DNA of 64,000 nt, from contig OZ336890.1 in NCBI GenBank assembly GCA_965287045.1, positions 26,350,001-26,414,000 of the forward strand. The letters run 5' to 3'. The notes under the pieces were generated by a model, which was not told the DNA's origin, searched no databases, and saw only the letters and a program-made list of their open reading frames with translations. This document shows, piece by piece, positions 51,460 through 62,714 of this stretch. Each line of letters begins with the position of its first letter. The first letter of the stretch is position 1. The DNA comes from Carcharhinus amblyrhynchos. Lineage: Eukaryota. The position numbers were made by a program, and so were the translations under genes.

Positions 51460-51990
51460 CATGAAATTAGCTCGCCGATGCTATCATAGCAGCAGCGGTG
51501 AGCATCATTAATCAGTCAGTTCAATTATCCAGTTGCCGAACTTGGCCTTTAGCTACTGAGATTGACAACGGTGTCATAACTAAATTAGACCTCTACAGCA
51601 GCAAAGAATGACGGCAATTTTACAACGGAACAATGATTCGGCGACTAAATTAGACCTCTTATTGCAGAAGTGGAGCACTCTTGCACCAAAAACTGATATC
51701 TGCGGGAGAAACTGAACAATACTGTGCCCGAATCTGTTTAATCCCGAGCACAGGGATTGACAACAATTTTACACAGGAAGCGAATCTCCAGCAGCAGCGA
51801 CTGACAATTTCATACTTCAACAGAATTTGGCACCAGCAGGGACCGAGAATGATTTGGTAATTTAATTAGGCCTCGTGCAGCAGGGACGAGCAATGATTTC
51901 GTCCCAGAACTGGACTCCTAACATCAGGGGTGGACTAACAAACACGCCGGCACGAACCTGAGCGGCAACTTTATTGCTGGGCTATAGCTA
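51460..51990 (+). repeat. Degenerate tandem array of ~43-44 bp units (~10 copies)
   Basis: actaaattagacctct at 51579 and 51644; taattaggcctc at 51863; cagcagggac at 51834 and 51878 and aatgattt at 51848 and 51892 (44-bp spacing); gattgacaac at 51560 and 51755; caattttaca at 51615 and 51764. Confidence 0.65.
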
Positions 51991-52633
51991 ATTTATTGGT
52001 ACAAAAAATTCAGACGGCTTATCACAGGACAACATTCCCCTGCATGTTATGCAGAAAGAATCCATAAAGAGCTGGTGTCTGCGGACTAATGTAGATAAAG
52101 TGGGTACTTTGTGTAAATTAAACTAGTGAACAGATGCTATTTGATTAAATACAATTCAATGAATGTGTAAAAGCATCAATTCTGTACCAGGCAGCATTTT
52201 TCCCATTATTCAGCCAAACATTATGAGTCCCGTTTGTACCCGTGTCGCACAGGCATAAAGCCAATCCCCTCTCTCATCACCTTTACCTTCACAGACGGTT
52301 TCCAGTGTCCATGTGCTGCCAGGATGCACAGAATTATGAGAACTTAGTTCCAGATTACAGTATCGATTGCGTTCAGTGAAATCTCAATTAGAGTCTGATA
52401 ACAGCAGCCGGAATCACAGAGTTCACTGCAGAACATCAGCAGGAAGATTGATTGGCATCCAGAGACACTCAGCCAGGTGGATAGAAGGTAAGAGTTATGA
52501 TCGGGTCATGAAGGATACGGACAATACAACTTAACCAAAACATTAATTAAAATGGATGCTTTGAGCACCGAATACGCTTTTCAGTTTTCACTTCACATAA
52601 ATATCAAAACAAATCTGGAAAGATTGCACTATT

Positions 52634-52646
52634 GTAACCTAGCAAC
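52634..52646. promoter_or_regulatory. RFX X-box-like motif
   Basis: gtaacctagcaac fits the GTNRCC(N)RGYAAC consensus and lies in unique sequence. Confidence 0.35.
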
Positions 52647-52934
52647 AGGAATCTACCAAAGCAGAATTGCATGCATTTCTGAGCAAATGCAGAATAGGAG
52701 TAACGTTACAAAATTTAAGTGAACTATTTTAAGTGTACCCAGTTCCTGCACAGTAATATAAATAAAATCTAGCCGTCATCCTGAATGAACACATTTGGCA
52801 GAAAGTCCCCATCAGAATGTTTGATTGAGGAGACTGAAATTAAGATAAACATTATCGGTGACAATTTTTACCGGAAAACAAAGCCTGAGATCAATGGAGA
52901 AAGGCCGTGTCTTCATTATGAGCTTTTGGACCTT

Positions 52935-53152
52935 CATCTTCACCCAAAGAGTTGTGAATCTGTGGAATTCCCTGCCCGGTGCTGCAGTTGAGGCTACCTC
53001 ATTGAATGTTGTGTTTAAGGCAAGGATTATGGTGAGCGGGCGGGTAAGTGGAGCTGAGTCCACGGAAAGATCAGCCATGATCTTATTGAATGGCAGAGCA
53101 AGCTCGAGGGGCCAGATTGCCTACTCCTGCTTCTAGTTCTTATGTTCTTATC
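52935..53152 (+). mobile_element. CR1 3' fragment
   Basis: FTQRVVNLWNSLPGAAVEATSLNV, then agatcagccatgatcttattgaatggc…ttcttatgttcttat; same subfamily as 8446-9004. Confidence 0.88.
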
Positions 53153-53477
53153 TTGATCTTGTTCCAACAAAATTTAAAATGTCCTGAAATAGAGTGGAAA
53201 AAAAACACTCAGTTCAGTTCTGGTGTTGACTGATTCAACGTGGAACAGGTTCAGTGGCTGAACCTTCAGTACAAACTCAATTCAGTGGAAGCTGGCTCCT
53301 GGGAATCATACAATCATAGATGGTCTAGGCCCTTGGGACTTAGGTTGACTCTGAGTTATATCACTGCTTTAGCATGACTGCAAATTTAAATAAGCTTTGA
53401 ATTACTGTTACTTACGTGGAATATTACTGAATGCCTCCATATAATCCACATCCATTCATAGTTCTAGTTACTTCCTT

Positions 53478-53622
53478 AGAAAAATTAAAGTAGATTCATT
53501 AGACGTGACTTACGCTTTACAAATCCAACTTGCCTCTCACAAGTGCTTCATCACCCCGCCCTTACTTATAGGTTCCAGTAACTTTGAGAACCGATGTTTG
53601 TTTAATGGGCGTATAGTTTCCC
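53478..53622 (-). mobile_element. CR1 RT-region fragment
   Basis: The reverse strand resembles NYRP.SLTSV..K.LE…GF.K..S.L.NL..F (ctatacgcccattaaacaaacatcggtt…ggatttgtaaagcgtaagtcacgtctaatgaatctac). Confidence 0.5.
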
Positions 53623-53803
53623 TGAGTGGGATTTACCCAAACTTGACCCAAACTTGAATCCAATACCTGCCCCTAGGGGTGGGAAATGAGGATATTGTCC
53701 TCTGTGAAGCCATGTTGGAAAACACACTGAAATGCACAATGCTGGGCTCATTAATTATGCAGCCTGGGGTCTCCCAACTGCACACACTGCTATCATACCC
53801 ACA

Positions 53804-54076
53804 GGAGGTATGGTGGCACAATGGCTAGCACTGCTGCCTACCGTGCCAGGGACCCGGATTCCATTTCTGGCTTGGGTCACTGTGTGGAGTTTACATATTC
53901 TCCCCATGTCTGCGTGGGTTTCCTCTGGGGACTCTGGTTTCCTCCCACAGTAGTCAAGCTAAAATTCTCCCTCAGTGTACCCGAACAGGTGCCAGAGTGT
54001 GGCGATGAGGGGATTTTCACAGTAACTTCACTGCAGTGTTAATGTAAGCCTACTTGGGACACTAATAAATATACCT
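53804..54076 (+). mobile_element. V-SINE with Rex1-like tail, nested in Harbinger
   Basis: ggtggcacaatggctagcactgctgcc head, V-domain, tail ccctcagtgtacccgaacagg…ttttcacagtaac…cctacttgggacactaataaat. Confidence 0.88.
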
Positions 54077-55038
54077 TAAAAATACCTAATTTAAAAGGCA
54101 CCCAGACAGATATCCTATGCTTAACTATGGACCAGGACATGGAACGCAGAACCCAAGTAGCAGCACCCAGATGCAACAATGCTGCGCCTAATGTACTGTT
54201 GATTATAGAGAGGAGGGATATCCTCGCTCTGAGGGACAGAAAGAGGATACCTGCCCAACTCATCATCTCTGCATAGGAGGCAGTTGCCAAAGTGATGTGT
54301 GCCGATTGCATTCACCAGAAGGCAGCTCTGCAGTGCAGAAAAAGGATGAATGAGCTTATCCAAGCAGCCAGTGTAAGTGAACCCTTCACTCCACACACAC
54401 CTCTCACCAAATGGGAGCACAGACATGGGCCTCAGTGGCAAGGCCATCATCTGTGCTGCCCAATCATAAGAGTTTCTGAACTCAAATGTGGCAATGCCTC
54501 ATTGTGTGGACTGCTGTCCACACAGTCTGCAGGTAGTGAGGCAACTGTGGGTCTTTGACCATGCAACACAAAGCCCATATTGTATTTGGGGGGTTTGGCA
54601 TTGAGGCAGCAACTCATTGCTGATGCTATATCTCTGTCAATCTTATCCTTCCACGTGCACGAGCTCACCACTCTGCAGGGTGCTGTCAAAGAATCCTTGT
54701 GGACTAACTGCAGTGCATCCTTCACATAGCACACAGTAACCAGTGGGTCACTGCTAAAGACTGACATCCTGCATATGCCATCTTCATCCCAATTGTTCTC
54801 ACACCACCATCACTCCTTGCACAGGGTAAGTTAATGTACAACAGGCACAAGAGAGAAAGAGTAGTATAGGATATGGCTCCCTCTGACACCTCACCATTTG
54901 AAGAGTGGGTTGTCAAGTTGGTTCAGAAAGTTCATGTGCAGACAGTGAGGCCGGAGTCTTGACTCCATCCAGTAAGGAACTATGCTTGTTGCCTTGACAC
55001 AGAAACCTAAGGTCATGCTCGGTGCCATGCGGAGACAG

Positions 55039-55238
55039 GATATGGATATGCCAGCATTGGACTGGGGTAAAACACAGTAAGAAGTCTGACAACACCAGGT
55101 TTAAATCCAACCGATTTATTTGATAGTAAACTCACTAGCTTTCGGGTTTGTCCCTTCGTCAGGAAACCCAAAAGCTAGTGAGTTTACTATCAAATAAATC
55201 GGTTGGACTTAAACCTGGTGCTGTCAGACTTTTTACTG
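55039..55238. mobile_element. Penelope pLTR inverted duplication with hammerhead core, nested in Harbinger
   Basis: 75-bp arms 55075-55149 and 55164-55238 (4 mismatches by eye), 14-nt spacer; minus strand ctgacga-a-ggg-acaaa-ccc-gaaa-gcta-gtgag. Confidence 0.85.
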
Positions 55239-56602
55239 CAGAGACAGCCCATACATTCACTCCTCTTTTGATTACAATTGGCAACAAGGGGAGGGTGAGG
55301 CCTGAATCCAATAACTGCTCCAGACCCTAGAGGAGCAAGGAGGATGAGGATGCTAAAGATATTGCCCACCACCACAGTCACCTAATTTCTCCACTAGCCC
55401 ACACAGCTCAATGGCTACTGGATCTAATTCAAGGTCTCACAGTCTAGTGGTCACCTCACTGACACGTGTCCACAGCAGGAAGAAGCAGGGACAACCAAAG
55501 TCACCAACACTTAGAGGACTGCTGGAGAACAGACTTCAGCTAATTCAGAGTCACATGATGAGCCTGTAGAGGAATGTTAGGTGGAAGTGTCACAGGCCCT
55601 CAGATTGAGACAGAGGGCTCTGTCTACCTACTGGCTGATCAAGTGGTACTGACACGTGTGCACAGAAGTCTAAGGTTCAGATAAAGCCCAGTTTTTGGAG
55701 ATGTGCACAGACTTGCACTCTGTCACTGTAGCCATGAGCGAGCATTTGCTATGCAAGATGGGGATGGGGTACCTCAACCTCCCTCAGGCTCCTCTGTCTG
55801 TCAAGGTGCAGAGTGGACCCAAAGTGAGGAGAAGCATCAGGTGGACACCTCTGGTCCTCCACCCAGGACTCTGGACAATGCCTGGCGATTCCAATCCCCT
55901 TCTGAGTGGAGCCAGCCGGCCTCTGAAATCACCCCAGCAGCAGAAGACTCAAAGTAAGCCAGGTCCAGAGGATGCCTGGCAAAGTCAACAAAGGCAACAG
56001 GACATTACTGTGAACAGGCTACCTCCAGTTCTGCTGCAGATGTTGGGGAGGCACCTAAACACTGTGACAGGGAATGTAAAATATCTAGCCCCCTAGCATT
56101 ACCTAAGGAGCAAAGTGGCAATGCCCATGGGGCACCCTGGCACTACCCACCAGGCAGGCAGTACCAAGTGAGCAGTGCCAGTGCAGGGGCAAATCCTCTG
56201 GGGTGCAGGAGTGGATTTTAGAAGAGGTCGGTCTGCCGGGAGAAGGGCTTGCCCAGACATGTCCAGTGGCAGAAGGGAGTGTGATTGGGGCTGGGGAAAT
56301 CGCATGGCTAGTGTGTGGGGTCACAGGGCTGGCCAGCGATCGGGAGGCCAGCAATGCGGGGCTATTGCGCGTGTGCTGATCTCCACTATGACAGATTAGT
56401 GTACGCACAGTAGCCCGCTCAGTGCTATGCTACCGGCCGCTCCAGCAGGAATAGGCCCCGCCTATTGATTTAGAATAATATTCATGTTTGTGCACTCCGC
56501 AGTGCAGTGTGGGGGAGATTCAATTTGAAAGTCCTGCTAAAAAAAACAGCAGGATTTAACATGAATTCAACACTTCACATTTTTCTTGGGAGAATCCCAC
56601 CC

Positions 56603-59380
56603 AATATCTTCATCCATTTTCATCAATTCCTTGATCGTTCAAATTCCTCTTTTCTGCTTCTCCATTCAAATGTGTATCTAGGTGAACTAGTCACATGCAT
56701 GAAACCATGTTTCTGCACAAAGCTGATTAGCAACTGAGGTCAGCTGTATAATGTCCGAGATGTCATGTGTCACAGAGCGTTCTCAGTGATGTAATGACTG
56801 CCTCTGTCATGGTGTTGAGGAGCGTGCTCACTTCAAATCATTGGAAGAAGTCAAATGATGATGATGATAAAAAACTTTGCCTTTAAACTTAAATAAATCC
56901 ATTCCCAGGTACTGCCATGACCTTGAAGGAAAAGTGGGGGATGTCAGTGGTTTGCTGTGCTGTTGGCTATTCACTAAACACATCAGACAATTCATAATTG
57001 ACTCTTCACTGATGCCTGACCACCAGAGTAACTCAGTACTTTGCTACTCCTAAATTACCAGGATGTACTTTTTGGTGATTGCCATATTGAAGTGTTTTAG
57101 GGACGACAAATCAGTCATTAAAACCTAAGATATCATTCATGATCAAGAGGTGTTTTCTCTGTTCAAACAAAGTATTGACAAAGTATTGGGTTGTTAGGAG
57201 TGGAATTCTGCCATCCATTGTAGAAATCATCTTCTATTTTGATGTACTTGTCATCCTGCTGTTGTGCTTGTTTCATGTCTAATAATCACTTCCCCATGGC
57301 TGATAAGTGTTTAGGAACGATCAAAGTACATACTTCTTGCTTCCTCAAGAAAATAAAAAAAATTAAATCTCCCAGTTTGACTCTTTCCACTGCTATTCTT
57401 GATAAAGCATCAACTGTCACCTGGTACATCCCTTGAACATTCTAAGTAACTGAATTGTATCTCATGAATCTCAGTCTAACGTTGAATTTGAGGTGGCATT
57501 TTGCAATTTTTCTTTAAGTTAATAAGCACATCCAAAAGACTGTGGCTAGTTTCAATCTTCAGTTCCATCATGTAATCAGAGAACTTTTCACAGATCTACG
57601 CTTTTTTTCCCCCCTCAATGGTTACTTATCTTTTTTCTGTGTCAATGAGAGATCCTAAGGCAAAATAAAACTGATAGACAAAGATCAGTTTAACTTGAAA
57701 CAGAACTGCACTCAAAACCTGTCGCCTAGCAATTTTGAATCATAGTGTGCTAGAACTTCTACTGAAATTAGAAGATTTTTTAATTGTAACTAAAAGCATT
57801 TTGTTGGTCCACATTCCAGCACCACTACTGATCTTGTCTCAACAGTTGTTGCAATGGCTCATTGATTTCCATCACATTTGATAGGAACTTGCCTCCTTGG
57901 TTGACTATTCCAAGGAATCTTTGCATTTCAGTGATGGTTCCAGGCTGTGAGAACTCTGATCATATTGCTTTCCTGCAGGTCATAGCAATTCCAGAAGCTT
58001 GCAAAGCGTGTCCTAAGAATTTGATCATAGGCTCTGCAAATTCAAAATTTGTCATTCAATGCTTTTTTAGGACTTTTGAGGGCTGCTCTCACTCAATGGT
58101 CATGTTCTTCCCTCAATAAAGCACATTATGAGAATGTCATCCAAATGGCAGATTACTCCTTCTATGCTTTCCAATGGCTGAAATGCTGTTCTTTGGAATA
58201 TCTCAGAAGCAATTCCAAATGTTACCCCGTTAACATAATAACGGCCAAAATGGGGTGATAAAAGTAGTTAACATGCTGGATTTTTTGTCTAGAAACAACT
58301 ATCGATAGCCACAGTCAGCCTCTAATTTTGTGAAGAGCATGCTTTTTGTTCATTTGACAGGACTTTCATCCACTGGTGACATCGGGTGAATCTCACACTC
58401 TATTGCACTTGTTTGAATCAAGTCTGAGCAGATTCCAATTGAAGTATTAGGCTTTGGTGCTGTGAACGTTCCAGAACACCCTTTTGCTGGAATGGTTACT
58501 GAACAGATGACCCCTTGTTGTAAAACGAGTTCAGTTTCACTCTTGACTCTGTCCAAGAATGGATGTTGGATCTTTCTTGTCTTGAGGAGACATATAGGCA
58601 TCACATCGACCCTTAAGGTTATGTGATCTTCTGTTTCCAGCTTTCTTAAATACGAAAAATAGGGATGGGAATTCACTTCTAACTAAAGCACTAGATTTCT
58701 CATTAGCAATTCCATCAACCTGGTAAATAAACCTCAGCTGCAAACATACTTTTCTGCTCAATGATAATCCTTGTTCTTTATCGCATGCGAGGGTTCATCA
58801 TTTATTTGTCTTTAAATCTTAAATCTTGCCAGGTGTTTGTCTATTACTTCTAACGTTTCCCCTCATGGACCTTGTAGCTGGATGGTGGAAGGTCGTAATG
58901 TGATATTTTAAGCCACTTTCCTTCATCACATAACACAGACATCTGCAGCAATATTTCGCTTGAATTCTGAAGGGATAACCATCAACTTTGCTCCAATAAT
59001 TATTTTCAGTTTTGTTAACTTCTGATAGGAAGAAGGTTTTTTTGTATTTTCTCTGGCTGGTCCACTTCTTCGATTTGACTTGGTTTTGTGGTTGTGTTGT
59101 TATCTCTTTCTTCCTGTGAGGTATAGGATTTTTGTGATCTATAGTCACTGCTGTCTGAACTTTGGGGCTACGTGTGTGCTTGCATTTGCAGCATTCACAA
59201 TGCTCCATTCCCAGGTAACTGTGGTTATTTTTCTTGCCCTTTTTCCAAGGGTTGGTAGGTCTTTTAGATCTGTAGTGTTCTCCTGAAGTTCGATTGGGTC
59301 TTTACTCTCTGTCTGCTGCTATCATGTTTTGCCTGGAGTTCGGAGTCTAGACGGAATTTATTTAGGGTTTACCTGTTACC
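56603..59380 (-). mobile_element. Decayed Gypsy/Ty3 LTR retrotransposon gag-pol (PR-RT-RNaseH-IN)
   Basis: In order on the minus strand: EFKRNIAADVCV (decayed FKLDTGADV protease), HITLR…QQGVICSVT…APKPNTSIGIC…EIHPM, LTTFITPF…GVICHLDDILI (RT), QRFLGIVN, LAHYD, CEKFSDY, VDALSR (RH), HPGNLG…WWSGI…WQYLGMDLF…HVTSSPRY…NGEAEK (integrase). Confidence 0.88.
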
Positions 59381-59521
59381 CCAAGAATGATATCATACTG
59401 TTATTCATTAAATTGATTATTTACAACTCTATGTTCTGCTTCCCACCAGATCACAGTTACTTTATCACGTGACATTGCTCCATAGTAGCAAGAATAATTA
59501 TGTCGGTATCAGGTGCTCCTG

Positions 59522-59790
59522 ATGGTGGCACAGTGGTTAACACTGCTGCTTCACAGCTCTATGGACGCAGGTTCAATTCCCTGCTTTGATCACTGTCAGT
59601 GTGGAGTCTGCACGTTCTGCCCATGTCCTCCCACAATCCAAAAGACATGCTGATTGGGTGCATTGGCCATGCTAAATTCTCCCTCAGTGTACCTGAACAG
59701 GCACCAGGGTATGGCAACTGGAGGATTTTCACTGTAACTTCATTGCAGTGTTAATGTGAGCCTACTTATGATGTTCATAAATAAACTTTA
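59522..59790 (+). mobile_element. V-SINE with Rex1-like tail
   Basis: ggtggcacagtggttaacactgctgc head, ggttcaattcc B box, partly deleted V-domain, tail ggattttcactgtaacttcattgcagtgttaatgtgagcctacttatgatgttcataaataaac. Confidence 0.85.
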
Positions 59791-59829
59791 CCCCTTTACA
59801 GAAGTGTCAGCATATCTCAGTGATTGCAT

Positions 59830-60190
59830 GATCATTTGACTCAAGATTGAAAAATTCAAATTCACTACAGACTTGAACAAAAAAAGTGTCATGCTTCACT
59901 GTATTGCTGAGGGGATTCTGCACTGTCTTCCAGAGATGAGACATTAAACTAACGACATGCTTGGGGCATGCAAAATTCCACATGCGGAATTAGAACAGGG
60001 AATTCCAGGACAACGCTGCTCCCTGCACCAACAATGAGAAAGCAATCTGGTAATTTATCTGGTGTCTGTGCAGCTTTGTTACATTTTCCTAAACCACCGT
60101 AACTACTTCAAAAATATAATCTATTGATTTATGACACTTTGGGGCTGCCTCTGTAGATAAAATGCTATAAAATCCAAGCTCTTTATTTCT
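59830..60190 (+). mobile_element. Old Deu-domain (SacSINE1-like) SINE
   Basis: gctgaggggattctgcactgtc…gatgagacattaaac…actacttcaaaa…acactttgggg…atgctataaaatccaagctcttt resembles the Deu-SINE body and tail. Confidence 0.55.
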
Positions 60191-61581
60191 GCTTTCATTG
60201 TACATAAAGTATGCACAAATTCAAGTTGGCATGCCATCCCACGAACACCAACATAATATGTCATTTATTTCCAGCATTTTTAGATATTATTTGAGAGGAA
60301 AGAAGAATCACAACTCTCTTTTTATTTTACATACTTATGACTGTCTCGCACCATGATACTATCGCTGTCAATTTAGAAATCAGAATGGTTTGATGTATAG
60401 ATGTCTTTATGGTCTGCATCTGTCTGGAAAATTGGCTGATGGAAAGAGCACATCCGCGAGATATCACTGCTCAAATCAGATGTTAACTCTTCCCCTCCTT
60501 TCAAGAGGCAGAAAGACATGCAGCAATCATTTATTGGTCTCACCAAGACCAATTTGTCTCGTAAGGGTAGTTTAAAATCAGAAATATTAGTTGTCACAGA
60601 GCAGAATTTGGACTTGCTGATTAGGAATGTCACACACAACTTCTAGGGCCACATGTGGTTATTTAACTTACAAAACAAATCCAATATTTCAGCCTTATGT
60701 TATGCAACTACAAGTTCAGATTATGTTTCCACAAGATAAAGAAATTCAATTTCAAACTGAACAGTTATAACAGACAGATTGAATTGGATATGGATGAAAT
60801 GTGTTTCTATGGTTAAGGCTTCAAATTATCCCCGTGTCCTTGAACAGATGGGAGAGGAGGTGGCAGGTACCAGCCTCCTGGTACTGAAAACATCTGTTAT
60901 CGTTAGATGATGCTAATTGCCAATCGATAGGGAATCTATGTCGCTCTACATTGGGGGTCTGCAGCAAACCGAACCAATTGAATTAGGCTGGATTCAAACA
61001 CGTCAGAATGTAAATAGGATTTTGGTTCTAAAAGCTTGGTTCTTGGCTAGAGTTCAACAGGAATGGTAAAAAAAAGGGCAAACGCATGAAGAAAGAGCGA
61101 TGCTAAATTCTGCAATTGATCAACCTGCCCAGGTAACTTCCTGTCAGGCATCTCAATGATAGCCTAACTGAATCTGAAAGCAAGCACATGCGCAGCAAAG
61201 CTCTGCACGACTCAGATGGGCAAGTATGATCCAAAATCATGTGAAAAAATAGAACTAGTGTTAAGAGGCATACCATGACAGCATTCAGCAGTCACTTATG
61301 TCACTCTGTTCTTGTCTGGTCTTTGTTTTTGATGCCATAGGTTAATCAGATTTAAATCCATGCAAAGCAGCATCCAAAATGCTGGCTCCCTGAGCAACAT
61401 CAGAATTCAGTAATCTGCATAAATTACAAGCACCATTCTACCAGCTACATTTGGGATGGGGCTTTCTTTATATCATGCCTGCAATCCATTTAATTTGCCA
61501 TCCATACCTTTGAGAATGTGTGCCAAGGAATAGTCGAATTAAAAAGTAAACATCTGAGCGTGATGCTTTTTTGTGAGTATT

Positions 61582-61860
61582 CAACAACAACTTTTACTTG
61601 AATAGCAACTTTAAAATAAATAAAAACAGCCATTTCACAGCGGTATTTTTAAATAAAATAAGACAATGTGACACTTAAGTAAATGCTTAAGGCAGATGCC
61701 CAGAAGATTAATTGGTCAAATAGGGAGGTTTTAAGGAGCATCATTAAGGAGAGGAGTGAGGTGGAGAATTGGAGAGTTTGGGGGGGTCAGAACATGCGAT
61801 CCAAGCAGCTGAGGGAATGACCACCAATGGTGGAGTGATTAAAATCAGGGATGTCCATTT
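61582..61860 (-). mobile_element. L2-like LINE 3' fragment
   Basis: caacaacaacttttacttgaatagca terminus, then ttggtcaaatagggaggttttaaggagcatc…gaggtggagaa. Confidence 0.55.
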
Positions 61861-62254
61861 AGATCAATCACACGGAGACAGTGGGCCAGATTCGGGATGT
61901 TATCGGAATTTCTTTAGGAGACCAGGGTGATTACTTTTTTTTGTTTAAGCTCTCCAATCAGCACGGGCTGATTCAACAGCATGAATCTTATGACCTTTAG
62001 CATGTTGGGGTCTCCAGCCTCAGTCTTGTCAACATGAAATTGGAGAGTTTCCAACATGAATCTCTGAGTGCGAATGCACCCACTGCTGGTTAGGAAATGA
62101 CTTGCCATTTAAAAAGGGCATTGTGCTGAAGCTGTGGAGCTGACGTAAAGCAATAATGGACTGGAGGAATATCCATTTGCTGCCAGGTTGGACACAGGAT
62201 GCTTCAGCTTTCAGAAAGGATCATTGAAACACTATTCACGTGGGCTGGGGAGTC

Positions 62255-62545
62255 TAAAACTAAACTGAGGGCACAGTCTCAGGTTGAGGGGCCAATCGTT
62301 CAGGACTGAGATGAGGAGAAATGACTTTATTCAAAGGACTGTGAATCAACCAGAGGGTTGTGGATGTTCCATCACTGAATACATTTAGGGTTGGGATAGA
62401 GTTTTTTTTAAAAACTTTCTTGGGGAATTGAAGGGAGATGAGGAAGAGCAGAAAAACGGAGGTGAAGCCCAAGATCAGTCACGATTACACGGAATGGCAG
62501 GGTAGGTGATATGAGCCATAGAGTCAACTCCTGCACCAATTTCTT
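62255..62545 (+). mobile_element. CR1 3' fragment
   Basis: aaaactaaactgagggcacagtctcagg…ttcaggactgagatgaggagaaat…aagatcagtcacgatt. Confidence 0.75.
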
Positions 62546-62714
62546 GCATTGTTGTATTAGGGGAAGGTGGCCCTCTTCGGAGGGACAGATGAATCCTGAG
62601 GTAAGCAAGTCAGTCCAAACAGGAAGTAGCAGCTCCTGATTCAATCCAACTAATGATCTGGCTACAGAGTTACAAGGAGTTCAATTAATAATCTCAGCAA
62701 ATCAGTCTCGATCA

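Larger units (their letters stand above)
53624..56602 (+). mobile_element. Harbinger element relic with spliced Myb/SANT ORF
   Basis: TIRs gagtgggatttaccc / gggagaatcccaccc. The Myb/SANT remnant …AAPRCNNAAPNVLL…ERRDIL…A*EAVAKV…KAALQCRKRMNELIQAAS ends at a GTAAGT donor (~54372); a later exon-like piece starts after …ttgcacag at ~54824. Confidence 0.75.

Noticed and set aside
51460-51990. CRISPR-like interpretation of the repeated actaaattagacctct
   Set aside because: Only two exact copies, the inter-repeat sequences are themselves related, there are no cas genes, and the context is vertebrate.
58819-59208. Cys-rich 129-aa ORF as a host zinc-finger gene
   Set aside because: It is the frameshifted gag/protease region of the Gypsy fossil.
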